From assembly GCA_000004985.1 (NCBI GenBank), contig GG738845.1: a DNA stretch of 64,000 nucleotides, one strand, 5' to 3'. Positions 39,318-49,602 of the stretch are shown in pieces. Under the pieces are notes generated by a model. It was given only the letters and a program-made list of their open reading frames with translations, searched no databases and was not told where the DNA came from. Within the stretch, counting starts at the first letter, position 1, and each line of letters begins with the position of its first letter. Position numbers and translations under genes: made by a program. This DNA comes from Naegleria gruberi (taxonomy: Eukaryota).

Positions 39318-40961
39318 ATGAAAATTCAAAATTTTGCGATCATTGTGTTGACAACATTGTTGTTGTGTTGTTTTGTGTTTATTTGTTTCTTGATAAATGG
39401 ATATTCGAAATGTTTGAATCACCAGACAGGCATAATTAATCATGATGTGCACAAGTTGGCACTGATTGATTCCGATAGGGTGAGAGAAATTCCTCTCATC
39501 AACAAGAAGGTACCTCCTTCAGCTGTTATTCTCCCCAGAAATTTGCATCAACAGCTCCAACCAGTTCTTTCTATACCTCCCACAAAAATGACAAAGGAAC
39601 TCGAAATTGAACAAGAGGAAAAAACAATGGATGATTCGGAAAATATCATTGTTGCAAATCCAAATAAGTTTCCACCCAAACCATTACCAGACGAACCAAC
39701 ATTGCAAGGTAATCCCAACGAAACCAGTAATCCATTATGTGTAGATAAACGAAAGAGAGATTACAAACAGGTACCAATCAGAGTATCAGGACTTTTTAAT
39801 GGGGAATTTAGAGATTGTAGCATTAGGTGTGTTGGAGATGGCTATCCAAATCAACCAAGTTTACCTGATGTGTATGTGGGACGAGATGCTCCTCCTGATG
39901 GCTGTCCAAACTCTTTTTCCTTCATTTCTACAATGGAAAATCAACCAATGTTCAAGACCAATATCCACAGTTTAGTAGGTACGACTAATTTAAAAACTGA
40001 CGTTCCAGTTCAATATTTTAGTTGGGCTGAATATAGTTACATGAGCAAACCAAAACCAAAAACAGCAACTGCAATGATGGCGGTTTTCATTTCAAATTGT
40101 GGACCACCAAAACGATTGGAAATCATCAAGGAATTGGAGGAACACGGAGTTACAATCCATTCATATGGTAAATGTTTGCACAACACACAAATGCCAGATA
40201 CAAGAGATGGTGACTATTTGGGAATTAAAACTCGGATTACCTCCACTTACAAATTCGTATTTGCAGCTGAAAATTCAGAAACTGACGATTATGTCACTGA
40301 GAAACTTTTTGGAACATTTGATTCTGGAAGTGTTCCAGTTTATTTGGGAGCTCCAAATGTTAAAAAGTTTGCCCCAAGTGAAAAATCCGTCATTTCAGTT
40401 TCTGATTTTGCGACCATTAAGGAATTAGCAGAATATTTGAAAATGTTAGATAAGGATGATGTAAAATACAATGAATATTTGAAATGGAAGGAAGAAGGAC
40501 CATCACATGATTTTATTGCCATGATGGATATGGCTATTATACACTCTTCATGCAGATTGTGCATCAAAGTTGCAGATCACTACAGAAAGATTTACAACAA
40601 CCAGGTTGGAAATCAAATAATTCCAAAAGATAAACTTGGAAAGGACAGCATTATTGTGAGCGTTAGACCAAGAGGAGAATTCTACATGAAACAAGTTGAA
40701 CTATTACCAAATGAAATGAGTCTCAAACATCTCAAGAGAAAGATACAGAAATTGTATGCTGATAATCCTCTTCCTGTCGGATCTATTCACTCCATTTACA
40801 GATTATGGGACAATAACAAGATACCAATCAAGGATGAAGACTTTAGAAATGGTATTATTCACAATAGTATTGAGTTGGAGGTTATATTCCTTTATCCTTA
40901 TCATCCAGGAAGAGGAAAATTCAATGAGTGGCAACAAACTCACAAATTCTACCTTCATTAA
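39318..40961 (+). CDS. Alpha-1,3/4-fucosyltransferase (CAZy GT10), type II membrane protein. Paralog A of a tandem pair.
   Basis: An N-terminal signal-anchor (IIVLTTLLLCCFVFICFLINGY). The catalytic region has the GT10 motifs FVFAAENSETDDYVTEKLF (FxFENS...DYxTEK) and VPVYLGAP. A conserved extra C-terminal region of about 120 aa is shared with paralog B. Confidence 0.75.
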   Translation: MKIQNFAIIVLTTLLLCCFVFICFLINGYSKCLNHQTGIINHDVHKLALIDSDRVREIPLINKKVPPSAVILPRNLHQQLQPVLSIPPTKMTKELEIEQEEKTMDDSENIIVANPNKFPPKPLPDEPTLQGNPNETSNPLCVDKRKRDYKQVPIRVSGLFNGEFRDCSIRCVGDGYPNQPSLPDVYVGRDAPPDGCPNSFSFISTMENQPMFKTNIHSLVGTTNLKTDVPVQYFSWAEYSYMSKPKPKTATAMMAVFISNCGPPKRLEIIKELEEHGVTIHSYGKCLHNTQMPDTRDGDYLGIKTRITSTYKFVFAAENSETDDYVTEKLFGTFDSGSVPVYLGAPNVKKFAPSEKSVISVSDFATIKELAEYLKMLDKDDVKYNEYLKWKEEGPSHDFIAMMDMAIIHSSCRLCIKVADHYRKIYNNQVGNQIIPKDKLGKDSIIVSVRPRGEFYMKQVELLPNEMSLKHLKRKIQKLYADNPLPVGSIHSIYRLWDNNKIPIKDEDFRNGIIHNSIELEVIFLYPYHPGRGKFNEWQQTHKFYLH

Positions 40962-41088
40962 CTTGTGGTAAAGTTTGGAAAACCACACTTGATATAGATG
41001 TAGGTTCAGCTCAGTGTAATAATTTTAAAAAGTGCAACAACACCAAAAATTCATCCCTGCATTTTCCTCTAAAAATTATTCTGCTCCT

Positions 41089-42795
41089 ATGAAAACTCTA
41101 CAAATTATAACAATAGTACAGACGGCCCTGTTATTGTGCTGCTTTGTTGTTATAACCATCCTAATTAACAAATATTCTCTCCTTGTAAAGGAAATTAATA
41201 GTTCAAAATTACATCAATATTCTTCCCTAAATCTAAATTTGATTAAGCTTACATCACCACCCGAGACAACAATAACATCTTCCATTGTGATAAAACCACA
41301 AAAAACCTCATCACAACAACCTCCGATTAGAGAGCAATCGCCCATTGCACCATCGTCACCTGTACTCACACCTACAACAAAAGTTAATGATAAGGAGGAT
41401 CCAATAGACAAGACTCGAACCAAACTTACGACTTTGAACCTCAGTAGGAGGGAAAAACTATTGAGGGATAAGCAAAATGGATCAAACAAATCGGTCAGTC
41501 ACAACACTGAAGTGACATCCATTGAAAATCAAGACAAGCAGGTATATCAGATACCTCTTAACGGTGGAAGGGAATTAGCCAATTGCCCAGATAACGAGAA
41601 TAGAGATTATAACGAAAATCCAATTAAGGTCAGAGGTAAATTTACAGGCGAGTTGACCAATTGTCCAATAAGATGTGTTGGAGAGGCAAACCCACCAGAT
41701 GTGTTTTCTGGGAGAGATTCACCTAGTGGTGGTTGTCCACACGCATTTTCGTATCAATTTACCATGGAAAATATTAAATTGAGAAAGGCATCCACCCATA
41801 GTTTAATAGGTACAACTGATTTATCTTCAGATGTTCCAGTTCAATATTTTAGCTGGGCTGAATATAGTTATATGGACCCACCAAAGAATAAGACAGCAAC
41901 TGCAATGATGGCGGTTTTCATTTCAAATTGTGGACCACCAAAACGATTGAATATCATCAAGGAATTGGAGGAACATGGAGTTACAATCCATTCATATGGT
42001 AAATGTTTGCACAACACACAAATGCCAGATACAAGAGATGGTGACTATTTGGGCATCAAGACAAGATTAACTTCGACATACAAATTCGTATTTGCAGCTG
42101 AAAATTCAGAAACTGACGATTATGTCACTGAAAAATTGTTCGGAACATTTGACTCTGGAAGTGTTCCAGTTTATTTGGGAGCTCCAAATGTTAAAAAATT
42201 CTTACCACACGAGAAGTCAATTATTTCAGTTTCTGATTTTGCAACCATTAAGGAATTAGCAGAATATTTGAAAATGTTAGATAAGGATGATGAAAAATAC
42301 AATGAATATTTGAAATGGAAGGAAGAAGGACCATCACATGATTTTATTGCCATGATGGATCTGTCAATTTTGCACTCTTCATGCAGATTGTGCATAAAGG
42401 TGGCTGACTATCACAGAAAGATTTACAACAACCAAATCGGTCACCAGCTCATTCCTAAGGAAGACCTCAAAGAAGGTAGTATAGTGGTGAATGTTAGACC
42501 AAGAGGAGAATTCTACATGAGACAGATCGAATTATTACCAAATGAAATGAGTCTAAGACAGCTCAAAAAAAAGATACAAACACTCTATGCCAAAGAAGAA
42601 GCAACACTGGGATCTATTTACTCCATTTACAGATTATGGGATAAGAACAAGACACCAATTCAGGACAAGGATATGAGAAATGGTGTAATTTACAACAATG
42701 TAGATCTGGAAATCATCTTCCTCTATCCATATCACAAAGGTAGAGGAAAATTCAATGAGTGGCAACAAACTCACAACACCTTTAACCTACATTAA
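41089..42795 (+). CDS. Alpha-1,3/4-fucosyltransferase (CAZy GT10), paralog B. Its P/S/T-rich stem is longer than in A.
   Basis: The same motifs as paralog A. The nucleotide sequence of the catalytic core is nearly identical to paralog A, for example acagcaactgcaatgatggcggttttcatttcaaattgtggaccaccaaaacgattg in both. The track start at 41032 is a GTG, so I re-called the start to ATG 41089 (MKTLQIITIVQTALLLCCFVVITILINKY), which parallels the paralog A start. Confidence 0.75.
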   Translation: MKTLQIITIVQTALLLCCFVVITILINKYSLLVKEINSSKLHQYSSLNLNLIKLTSPPETTITSSIVIKPQKTSSQQPPIREQSPIAPSSPVLTPTTKVNDKEDPIDKTRTKLTTLNLSRREKLLRDKQNGSNKSVSHNTEVTSIENQDKQVYQIPLNGGRELANCPDNENRDYNENPIKVRGKFTGELTNCPIRCVGEANPPDVFSGRDSPSGGCPHAFSYQFTMENIKLRKASTHSLIGTTDLSSDVPVQYFSWAEYSYMDPPKNKTATAMMAVFISNCGPPKRLNIIKELEEHGVTIHSYGKCLHNTQMPDTRDGDYLGIKTRLTSTYKFVFAAENSETDDYVTEKLFGTFDSGSVPVYLGAPNVKKFLPHEKSIISVSDFATIKELAEYLKMLDKDDEKYNEYLKWKEEGPSHDFIAMMDLSILHSSCRLCIKVADYHRKIYNNQIGHQLIPKEDLKEGSIVVNVRPRGEFYMRQIELLPNEMSLRQLKKKIQTLYAKEEATLGSIYSIYRLWDKNKTPIQDKDMRNGVIYNNVDLEIIFLYPYHKGRGKFNEWQQTHNTFNLH

Positions 42796-42890
42796 AATAA
42801 TCTTCAATCTAGATCAATAGTCTTTCGATTAGTAATCCAAATATTATTTTCAATAAAACAGAAAGAAGCGGAAAAGTCAATCAAAAAAAA

Positions 42891-43379
42891 ATGCTTGCTC
42901 GTCAACGTCTTATTCTCTCATCAGCCATTCGTACCAACAAGGTTGCTGCTTCTTGTTTGGTTCGTAATTTCTCCACCTCCCAAAGAGTATTTGGAGATGA
43001 AAGTGGATTCCATGATGACTTTAAAACTGTCCGTAAACCACCACAAGTTAATATTAATGAATTGATGGAAAAGAAGAAGGAAGAAATACAAAAGATTATC
43101 GAATCTAACAATATTGTTTTATTTATGAAAGGAACACCACAAAGACCTGAATGCGGATTTTCTGGTGCTGTTGTTCAAGTTTTGAAACTCTACGATGTTG
43201 AATATCATTCCGAAAATATGAATAAGGATACCATGATGAAGGAAGCTTTGAAGGAATATTCCGATTGGCCAACAATTCCTCAATTATATGTTAATGGTAA
43301 ATTTATTGGTGGAAGTGATATTGTTTTGAATTATCATAAGAATCACGAATTCCAAGATGTTTTGGATGGTAAATTGTAA
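42891..43379 (+). CDS. GRX5: Monothiol glutaredoxin (Grx5-like, CGFS active site) with an N-terminal mitochondrial-type presequence
   Basis: The hallmark of CGFS glutaredoxins is present: MKGTPQRPECGFSGAVVQVL..WPTIPQLYVNGKFIGGSDIV. The N-terminus MLARQRLILSSAIRTNKVAASCLVRNFSTS is basic and hydroxylated like a mitochondrial targeting peptide. Confidence 0.8.
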   Translation: MLARQRLILSSAIRTNKVAASCLVRNFSTSQRVFGDESGFHDDFKTVRKPPQVNINELMEKKKEEIQKIIESNNIVLFMKGTPQRPECGFSGAVVQVLKLYDVEYHSENMNKDTMMKEALKEYSDWPTIPQLYVNGKFIGGSDIVLNYHKNHEFQDVLDGKL

Positions 43380-43716
43380 TAATTTGAATAAATTATTTAA
43401 TTGTACTTGAGTAACACCACTTACAATCTAAATATTGTAACATCTGAGCCAACTTCTGATTCAGGCAACCAAGTGAGAGAATCCATAATTAGTAGTTCAA
43501 CATACTCTCTTTATAAATTATTGAGTGATGAAATCAAATTATTCAACACAAGATCCAACAAGCTCAGAAAAATGGCTAAATCAAGCAGTGGTCATTTTGC
43601 TTTTTACCTTAAAACTCATTTAAAACTCATGGAATAATTGATGGTTAATAGTATAATTTATTTGGGTTTGTTATTTTGGGTAGTAGTTGAGTTTTAGAGA
43701 TCTATCAGCAAATTGT

Positions 43717-46700
43717 TTAAATTCTGTTATTTCTCATGAGGGATTGGTAATTGAAAGAGGTTGGGGATGGAGATTCAGTATTATTGACATCAGAGTGTAA
43801 GGAAACCAAAGATAAATCCAATGGAAGAGCAGCTTTTGGATCTCTTTCCAAGTTTTGTGGAATTTTGTGGAAACCAAACTTTTTAGCCAAATCAGTTGGG
43901 TGTTGAGGAGGATTTAAGAAACCACACTTGCACAAGAAGCAATAGTAAGTGGTCATCAATTCAATAACCTTTGGACAAGTAACATTGGAATTTTCCAAAC
44001 CTTCCAAAGTGTGAGTGTTATCATACCATGGACGCTTGGCAGTCATCTTCAAGTCATAATCATCAGTGAAATAGGTTACCAATGGATACAATACATTTTC
44101 TTCAACAACCTTTCCAGTTTCAGTTTCAGCACTTTTATCTCTATTAACAGTAGCTTGATATAACTTTTCCTTCCATTCCTTGAATGGCAATGGCTTGATA
44201 CTGTAACCAAGCTTGTTACCACATTCGAATAATGAATTGAAGAAGAATTCGTGAGGATTGACCAAGTGATAAGCTTGATGTTTAACAACAGAGTCCATAG
44301 TTCTTGACAAGTGAACAATGGCACCAGAAATGAAATCAACAGGAGACATATCCAACTTGGAGAGTGGCATATCTGGATAGTAACCCATTTGGATACAACC
44401 CTTAATCATACGACACAAGAAGTCATCTGGATTCCAGACACCAGTCTTGGCGTGACCTGTAATATAACCTGGTCTGTAGATACAAACTGGTAAACCTCTC
44501 ATACGAGCATTCATGCACAACTTTTCAGCAACATACTTGGATTGTGGATAACCAGTCAAATCTTCGTGATATGGAAGTGTGGAATCTTCATAGACATCAG
44601 TGAATTCCTTATATTGTTCAGAGTCAAAAACAGATGTTGTGGAAACATAGTGAACTGGAGTCAACTTTTGACCAGCACAAGCCATCTTTAAAATTTCACG
44701 AGTACCATTAACGTTGGAGGCCTTCAACTTGTCATAACTGTAGAGCCAATGGACAGCGGCACCATTGTGAACAATGATATCAATAATGTTGGTCATTTCT
44801 TCAAACTTGTTTTCATTCAAACCCAACAATGGTTTAGTCAAATCTCCCAAAACTGGAATAATTCTCATTTCAACAACTTGAGCCAAGTTATTTCTGTTAA
44901 TAGAGTTGACAGAGTCCATTTCTTCTTCTTGATCCATTTCCTTAGAAGTCCACAAGAAGTGATATGACAAGAGGGATTCCAAAATACGTTTTCTGGCCTT
45001 TTCTTCATTTTCAGCTCTAACCAAACAGTAAATCTTGGCAGTTGACTTCTTCAAAAAGTCAGCCAACAAGAATGTACCCAAGAAACCAGTACATCCAGTA
45101 ATCAAAATGTTCTTTGGATTTTGCCAAACCTTGGAATAGGAAATGAAATCGTTAAAGTTCAATTGATGTTGAGGTCTGATAAATGCTTCCAAGTGAGTAT
45201 CCATAGAAACATCTTGAATCAAGTGTTGATTTTTGGTTTGACCACTTCTCAATTGTTCAATAGCAACAGCGAGAGCAGAGATGGTTGGAGCTCTGAACAA
45301 TAATTCAACTGGGAGTTTTTGAGCACCTTCAACTTGATTTCTGATCAACAAGGTCAATGTTGTAGCATTGATAGAGTGACCACCCAAATCAAAGAAGTTA
45401 TCATGGATACCAATGTTATCAGTGTTACCACGTGATAAAACATCAGCCCAAATTTGTTGTAATTGCTTTTCCAAATCATTTCTTGGAGCAACATATCCTT
45501 CTTCATCACCAGAATCCAAAGATGGCATGTGAATTGGATTTGGTAAATCTTGTTTTTTGATTTTACCGTTTGGAGTCAATGGAATCTTTTCCAATGGAAC
45601 AAAGTATGAAGGAATCATATAATCTGGTAATCTGGTTCTGATGTGTTGTCTCAAATCCTTAATGATGGTCTTGATTATACTAGATTCCATATAATTTCCA
45701 TTCTTGGCGTTGAGGGTAGAATTCTTTTCTAATTCAACCTTATCCAAAACAAAGTATGTAACAATACGCTTTTCATTTTGAATGCAATCTTCTCTGACAA
45801 TGGTAACACTTTCCTTAACAAATTCGTGAGAGTTCAGACAGGTGTTAATTTCACCCAATTCAATTCTGAAACCTCTAATCTTAATTTGGTCATCAGCTCT
45901 ACCACTGCATTCAGCATCACCACTAATTAAATATCTACCCAAGTCACCAGTTCTGTACATTCTATCCACATAACCACTGGTCATGAATGGATTTGGAATG
46001 AACTTTTCACGAGTATCCTTTTCCTTACCCTTATAACCTTGAGAAAGATGAGGAGATCTCATGTAAATTTCACCCATTTCACCAATACCTGACAACATGA
46101 ATTTGTTATCACGAGAAGTGAATCTGCTCAATGTCAATGCTTGAACATCTTGCATACCTCTACCGATTGGTAAAATATCCTTCAATTGTTCGAAAGGAAT
46201 ACCAGTTTCAATACACTTTTCACCTGGACGTGGGACCATATAGTAGGTAACAGAACGTTGAGTTTCAGTTGATCCATACAAGTTGATAACCTTAACGATT
46301 GGTGCAATGTCACACAATCTCTTAACGAATTTCTTAGACAAGACATCACCAACAAAGAATGCATATCTCAAATGATTCAATTGGAACAATTGAGATGATG
46401 TGTTAATGACAGATGCAGCAGTAGCCAACAATTGACCCATTGGTGGAGTCAAACAACAAACTGTAATCTTCTTTTCTTCGAACCATTCAGCAAGACGACC
46501 TGGATTGACAATATCTTCATTAGATGGAATATACATGGTACATCCCAAGAACCATGGAGTAAAAATGTCACGTTGCAAAGGATCGTGAGAAATACCAGAT
46601 TGCATTGAGAATCTGTCATTTTCACTAAAGCCAAAATATTGTTTCATCCATGGATAATAGTGAGTGAGAGGACCGTGTCTTCCCAAAACACCCTTTGGAA

Positions 46701-48126
46701 TACCAGTACTTCCTGATGTATAGGTGCAAACAGCAAAGTCATCTTGTGTAATTTTAACATTCAAAGTTGGATCTTCACTCAAATTGGAATCGTTATAATC
46801 AGAGTAGACATTCTCATTAAGAATATCAGTCATGGATTTCAATACTGTTACAAACTTGGTCTTTTCATTGATAAAATCAATGACAGACTTTGGTAATTGA
46901 CCAGCAGCTTCAATTAAAATAACTGCAGATGGTGTTGAAACTTCCAAACAAGTGATAATTCTGTCGGCTGGATAAGCAGGATCTAACATGTTAAAAATTG
47001 CACCACATTTCAATGTAGACAAGATGGCCAACACAACTGGACAAGATCTGTGACCAAAGATTGTCACAACCTCCTGTCTCTTCAATCCCTTATGAAGTAA
47101 GTGTCTTGATAACTGATTGGAAACTCGATTCAATTGTTCAAAGGTAACACTTTCATGATTATCAACCATGGTAATTCTATCTGGTGTTTGTTTAGCCTGT
47201 TCTTGGAAAATTTCATGAATTGGACCAATGAAATCGTTATTCAAAGCTTTATCAGGGTGTGGTAAAACCTTCTTGGCATATTCAGTCACCAAACTGATAT
47301 CATAAATAGAGACATTGCAATTACTCGACAATACTTGTTCAGAAACTAATTTCAATTGATTCAATAATTCAGCCATTCTCAATTCTGTGAACAAGTTATT
47401 TTGATAAATGATACTGAGTTCGTTAGATTGAGTATTGTAGTGTAAATTTAAATCAACATTAGAAATAGGGAATGGTTTGTCCACCTTAGTGAATGGACCG
47501 GCATAGGAACTATAAGAAACTTGAACGAGTAAATTTGTATCAATATTACCAGCATTAGCATTGTTAGACAAAAATTGTTCGAGAATATTCTTTACATTAT
47601 TGAAATATGATAAATGATTCAATGAATCATTGTATGATTGTTGAATATTGGAAAGTAACTTTTTAAAACTATACTTTTCAGTAGCATCACTTTGTGAAAT
47701 ACCTTCAAATGTATCTTCTTCATTGGAAGGCATTGGAATATTGGCTGACAAGATGAATGAATCCTTTTCTTCATTACAATCTTGCAATACACCAATTAAA
47801 AAGGTTTCTTCATATGTATATCTACATAATAATACAACAAATAAGGAGAGAATGAATGAATTCTTAGTAAATAATTGTTGTGCCTCTGAATCTCCATTCT
47901 TGATAAACAGTTCTCTAAATTTGCTACTATTCAACACTTGTTCCATTGAAATGGTATATTCTAATGGTTTATACTCAACTTGGGTAGTAGAGGTAGTAGA
48001 AGTTGATGAAGCTGCTTCATCATTTAACATAACTCTAGGATAATCAGTTGGCAATTTCAAACTTTGATTTTGACTCAACAATTGTGACCAAAACGACAAT
48101 TGTTTTTCCTTCAACAATGAGGCCAT
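43717..48126 (-). CDS. LYS2: L-2-aminoadipate reductase (Lys2-type, A-T-R architecture)
   Basis: Homology to S. cerevisiae Lys2 runs across the whole protein. [96 protein letters not shown] aligns with Lys2 [132 protein letters not shown] aligns with Lys2 [37 protein letters not shown]. The PCP motif is [11 protein letters not shown]. The reductase domain has [17 protein letters not shown] and [10 protein letters not shown] (YxxxK). The track N-terminus starts at a GTG; the first ATG is at 48126 (MASLLKEK...). Confidence 0.85.
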   Translation of the reverse strand: [1469 protein letters not shown]

Positions 48127-48670
48127 GATGCAATTAAAGTGATGATGATTTGAAAAATGTAAATTTACAATGATACTCGAAAGTAGTAACACACTAGTTA
48201 ACTAGTAGTAGGGGAAGGGGAATATGTGTGCAAGTAGCAGAGCAGCAGCAGCAACAGAGAGAACAATTGAATGAATAGAAACAACACAGTCTTGTTGTAG
48301 AGTTGTTTTTTTCGCTCTTTTTCGTGGTGCATCTCCACAGAGACCAAAAGTAAAACGCGAGAGGTGAATCCACATTTTAAATATCAAGCCATTTGAATTT
48401 ATTTGGCGATTTTTCCTCTAGGGATTTTGGGTCATTTCAATTAAAATTCAGCGAATATGTTTAAATTTTCCACTGTGTTGCACTACAATTTACAATGGTG
48501 ATGATGTGTTTGTTGAGGAGAAATTTATAGAAGTTTAAAAGTTGTTTTAAAATTATTGAAAATACATGTATTTCATAGTATTCAATGAATGAAGGCACAG
48601 AGGAAGGATGGGAGAAATGAGGAGTAACAACATTTATGTGACCTCAAATTTACAACACACTTCAAATAAC

Positions 48671-49602
48671 CAAGGGGGGACATAGTTATTTTTAGACAAG
48701 CTACTTGCACGGTAAAGTTTTGAAGCAACCATAGGGAGAAAGGCTTTGCTTTCTTTCTTGATATATACAATAAATGGTGAAATGAAGATTTCAGAATAGA
48801 CAGTCAACTCAATGGTATATCTAAAACTTTTTTCTGTTTTTTTGGTATTATTGTAGTTATTGTGTAATATTAGTGTAAAGTTCCCATAACATTTAAAGTA
48901 CCATACCATTGATATTTTCTCGCCACCATTTGAGAGATAGGTGAATAGTATCTATATAATTATACTCTAAAGAGCCGAGTCGTCAGAATCAGTATTGATC
49001 TTGGTGTATCCCACAGGAGGTAAGTAGTAGGAAATACTTCGTCAAAAAATGACTAGCGAAATTTTGTTGTAAAGAGATGAGTATTATGTCTATATATAAA
49101 CAACCTCAGCCAATAAAAATTCATGGATTCGTTATAATAGATATATATTATCAGTGGTAAAATATTTGTCTGTCAATATGACTTATTAGAGTAATGTAAA
49201 CTTGATGAAAGTTGTTCGTCATTTTATCATTATTTTATAATAAGGAAAAAAATTAGTTGGTAAACTATACTTATTTTTGGAGTAAATAATTGATTTCAAT
49301 CAACTATTATTTCTATAACCGTTTCTGCTAATGTCTATAAACGACTGGAAAAATATGAGAACAAACAAGCATAAATTTATTTATTAAATTAGCACAGGAT
49401 AATAGAATAGTGAAAATCCAGTTGTTTATTCAATTTTGATGGAAACTGATTTTCTTTTCAAAAAATTGTCATCTTATGCATTCATTGAAGCTCAAAAATA
49501 AATTTTTTTATTTATTTTAATTGAAAATAATGAGTTTCTTGTACCATAATATTTTTTAAAAAATGTATGACTTCAACAAATTCTTCACTATGTCCCCCCT
49601 TG
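48671..49602. repeat. A pair of 16-nt inverted repeats, CAAGGGGGGACATAGT at 48671..48686 and its reverse complement at 49587..49602. They flank about 900 nt of AT-rich non-coding sequence between the LYS2 5' end and the next gene.
   Basis: An exact 16/16 match with a G6 run in a region of about 70% A+T. I estimate about 0.04 chance occurrences in 64 kb given the composition. An adjacent direct CAAATAAC word occurs at both sites. Confidence 0.35.
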
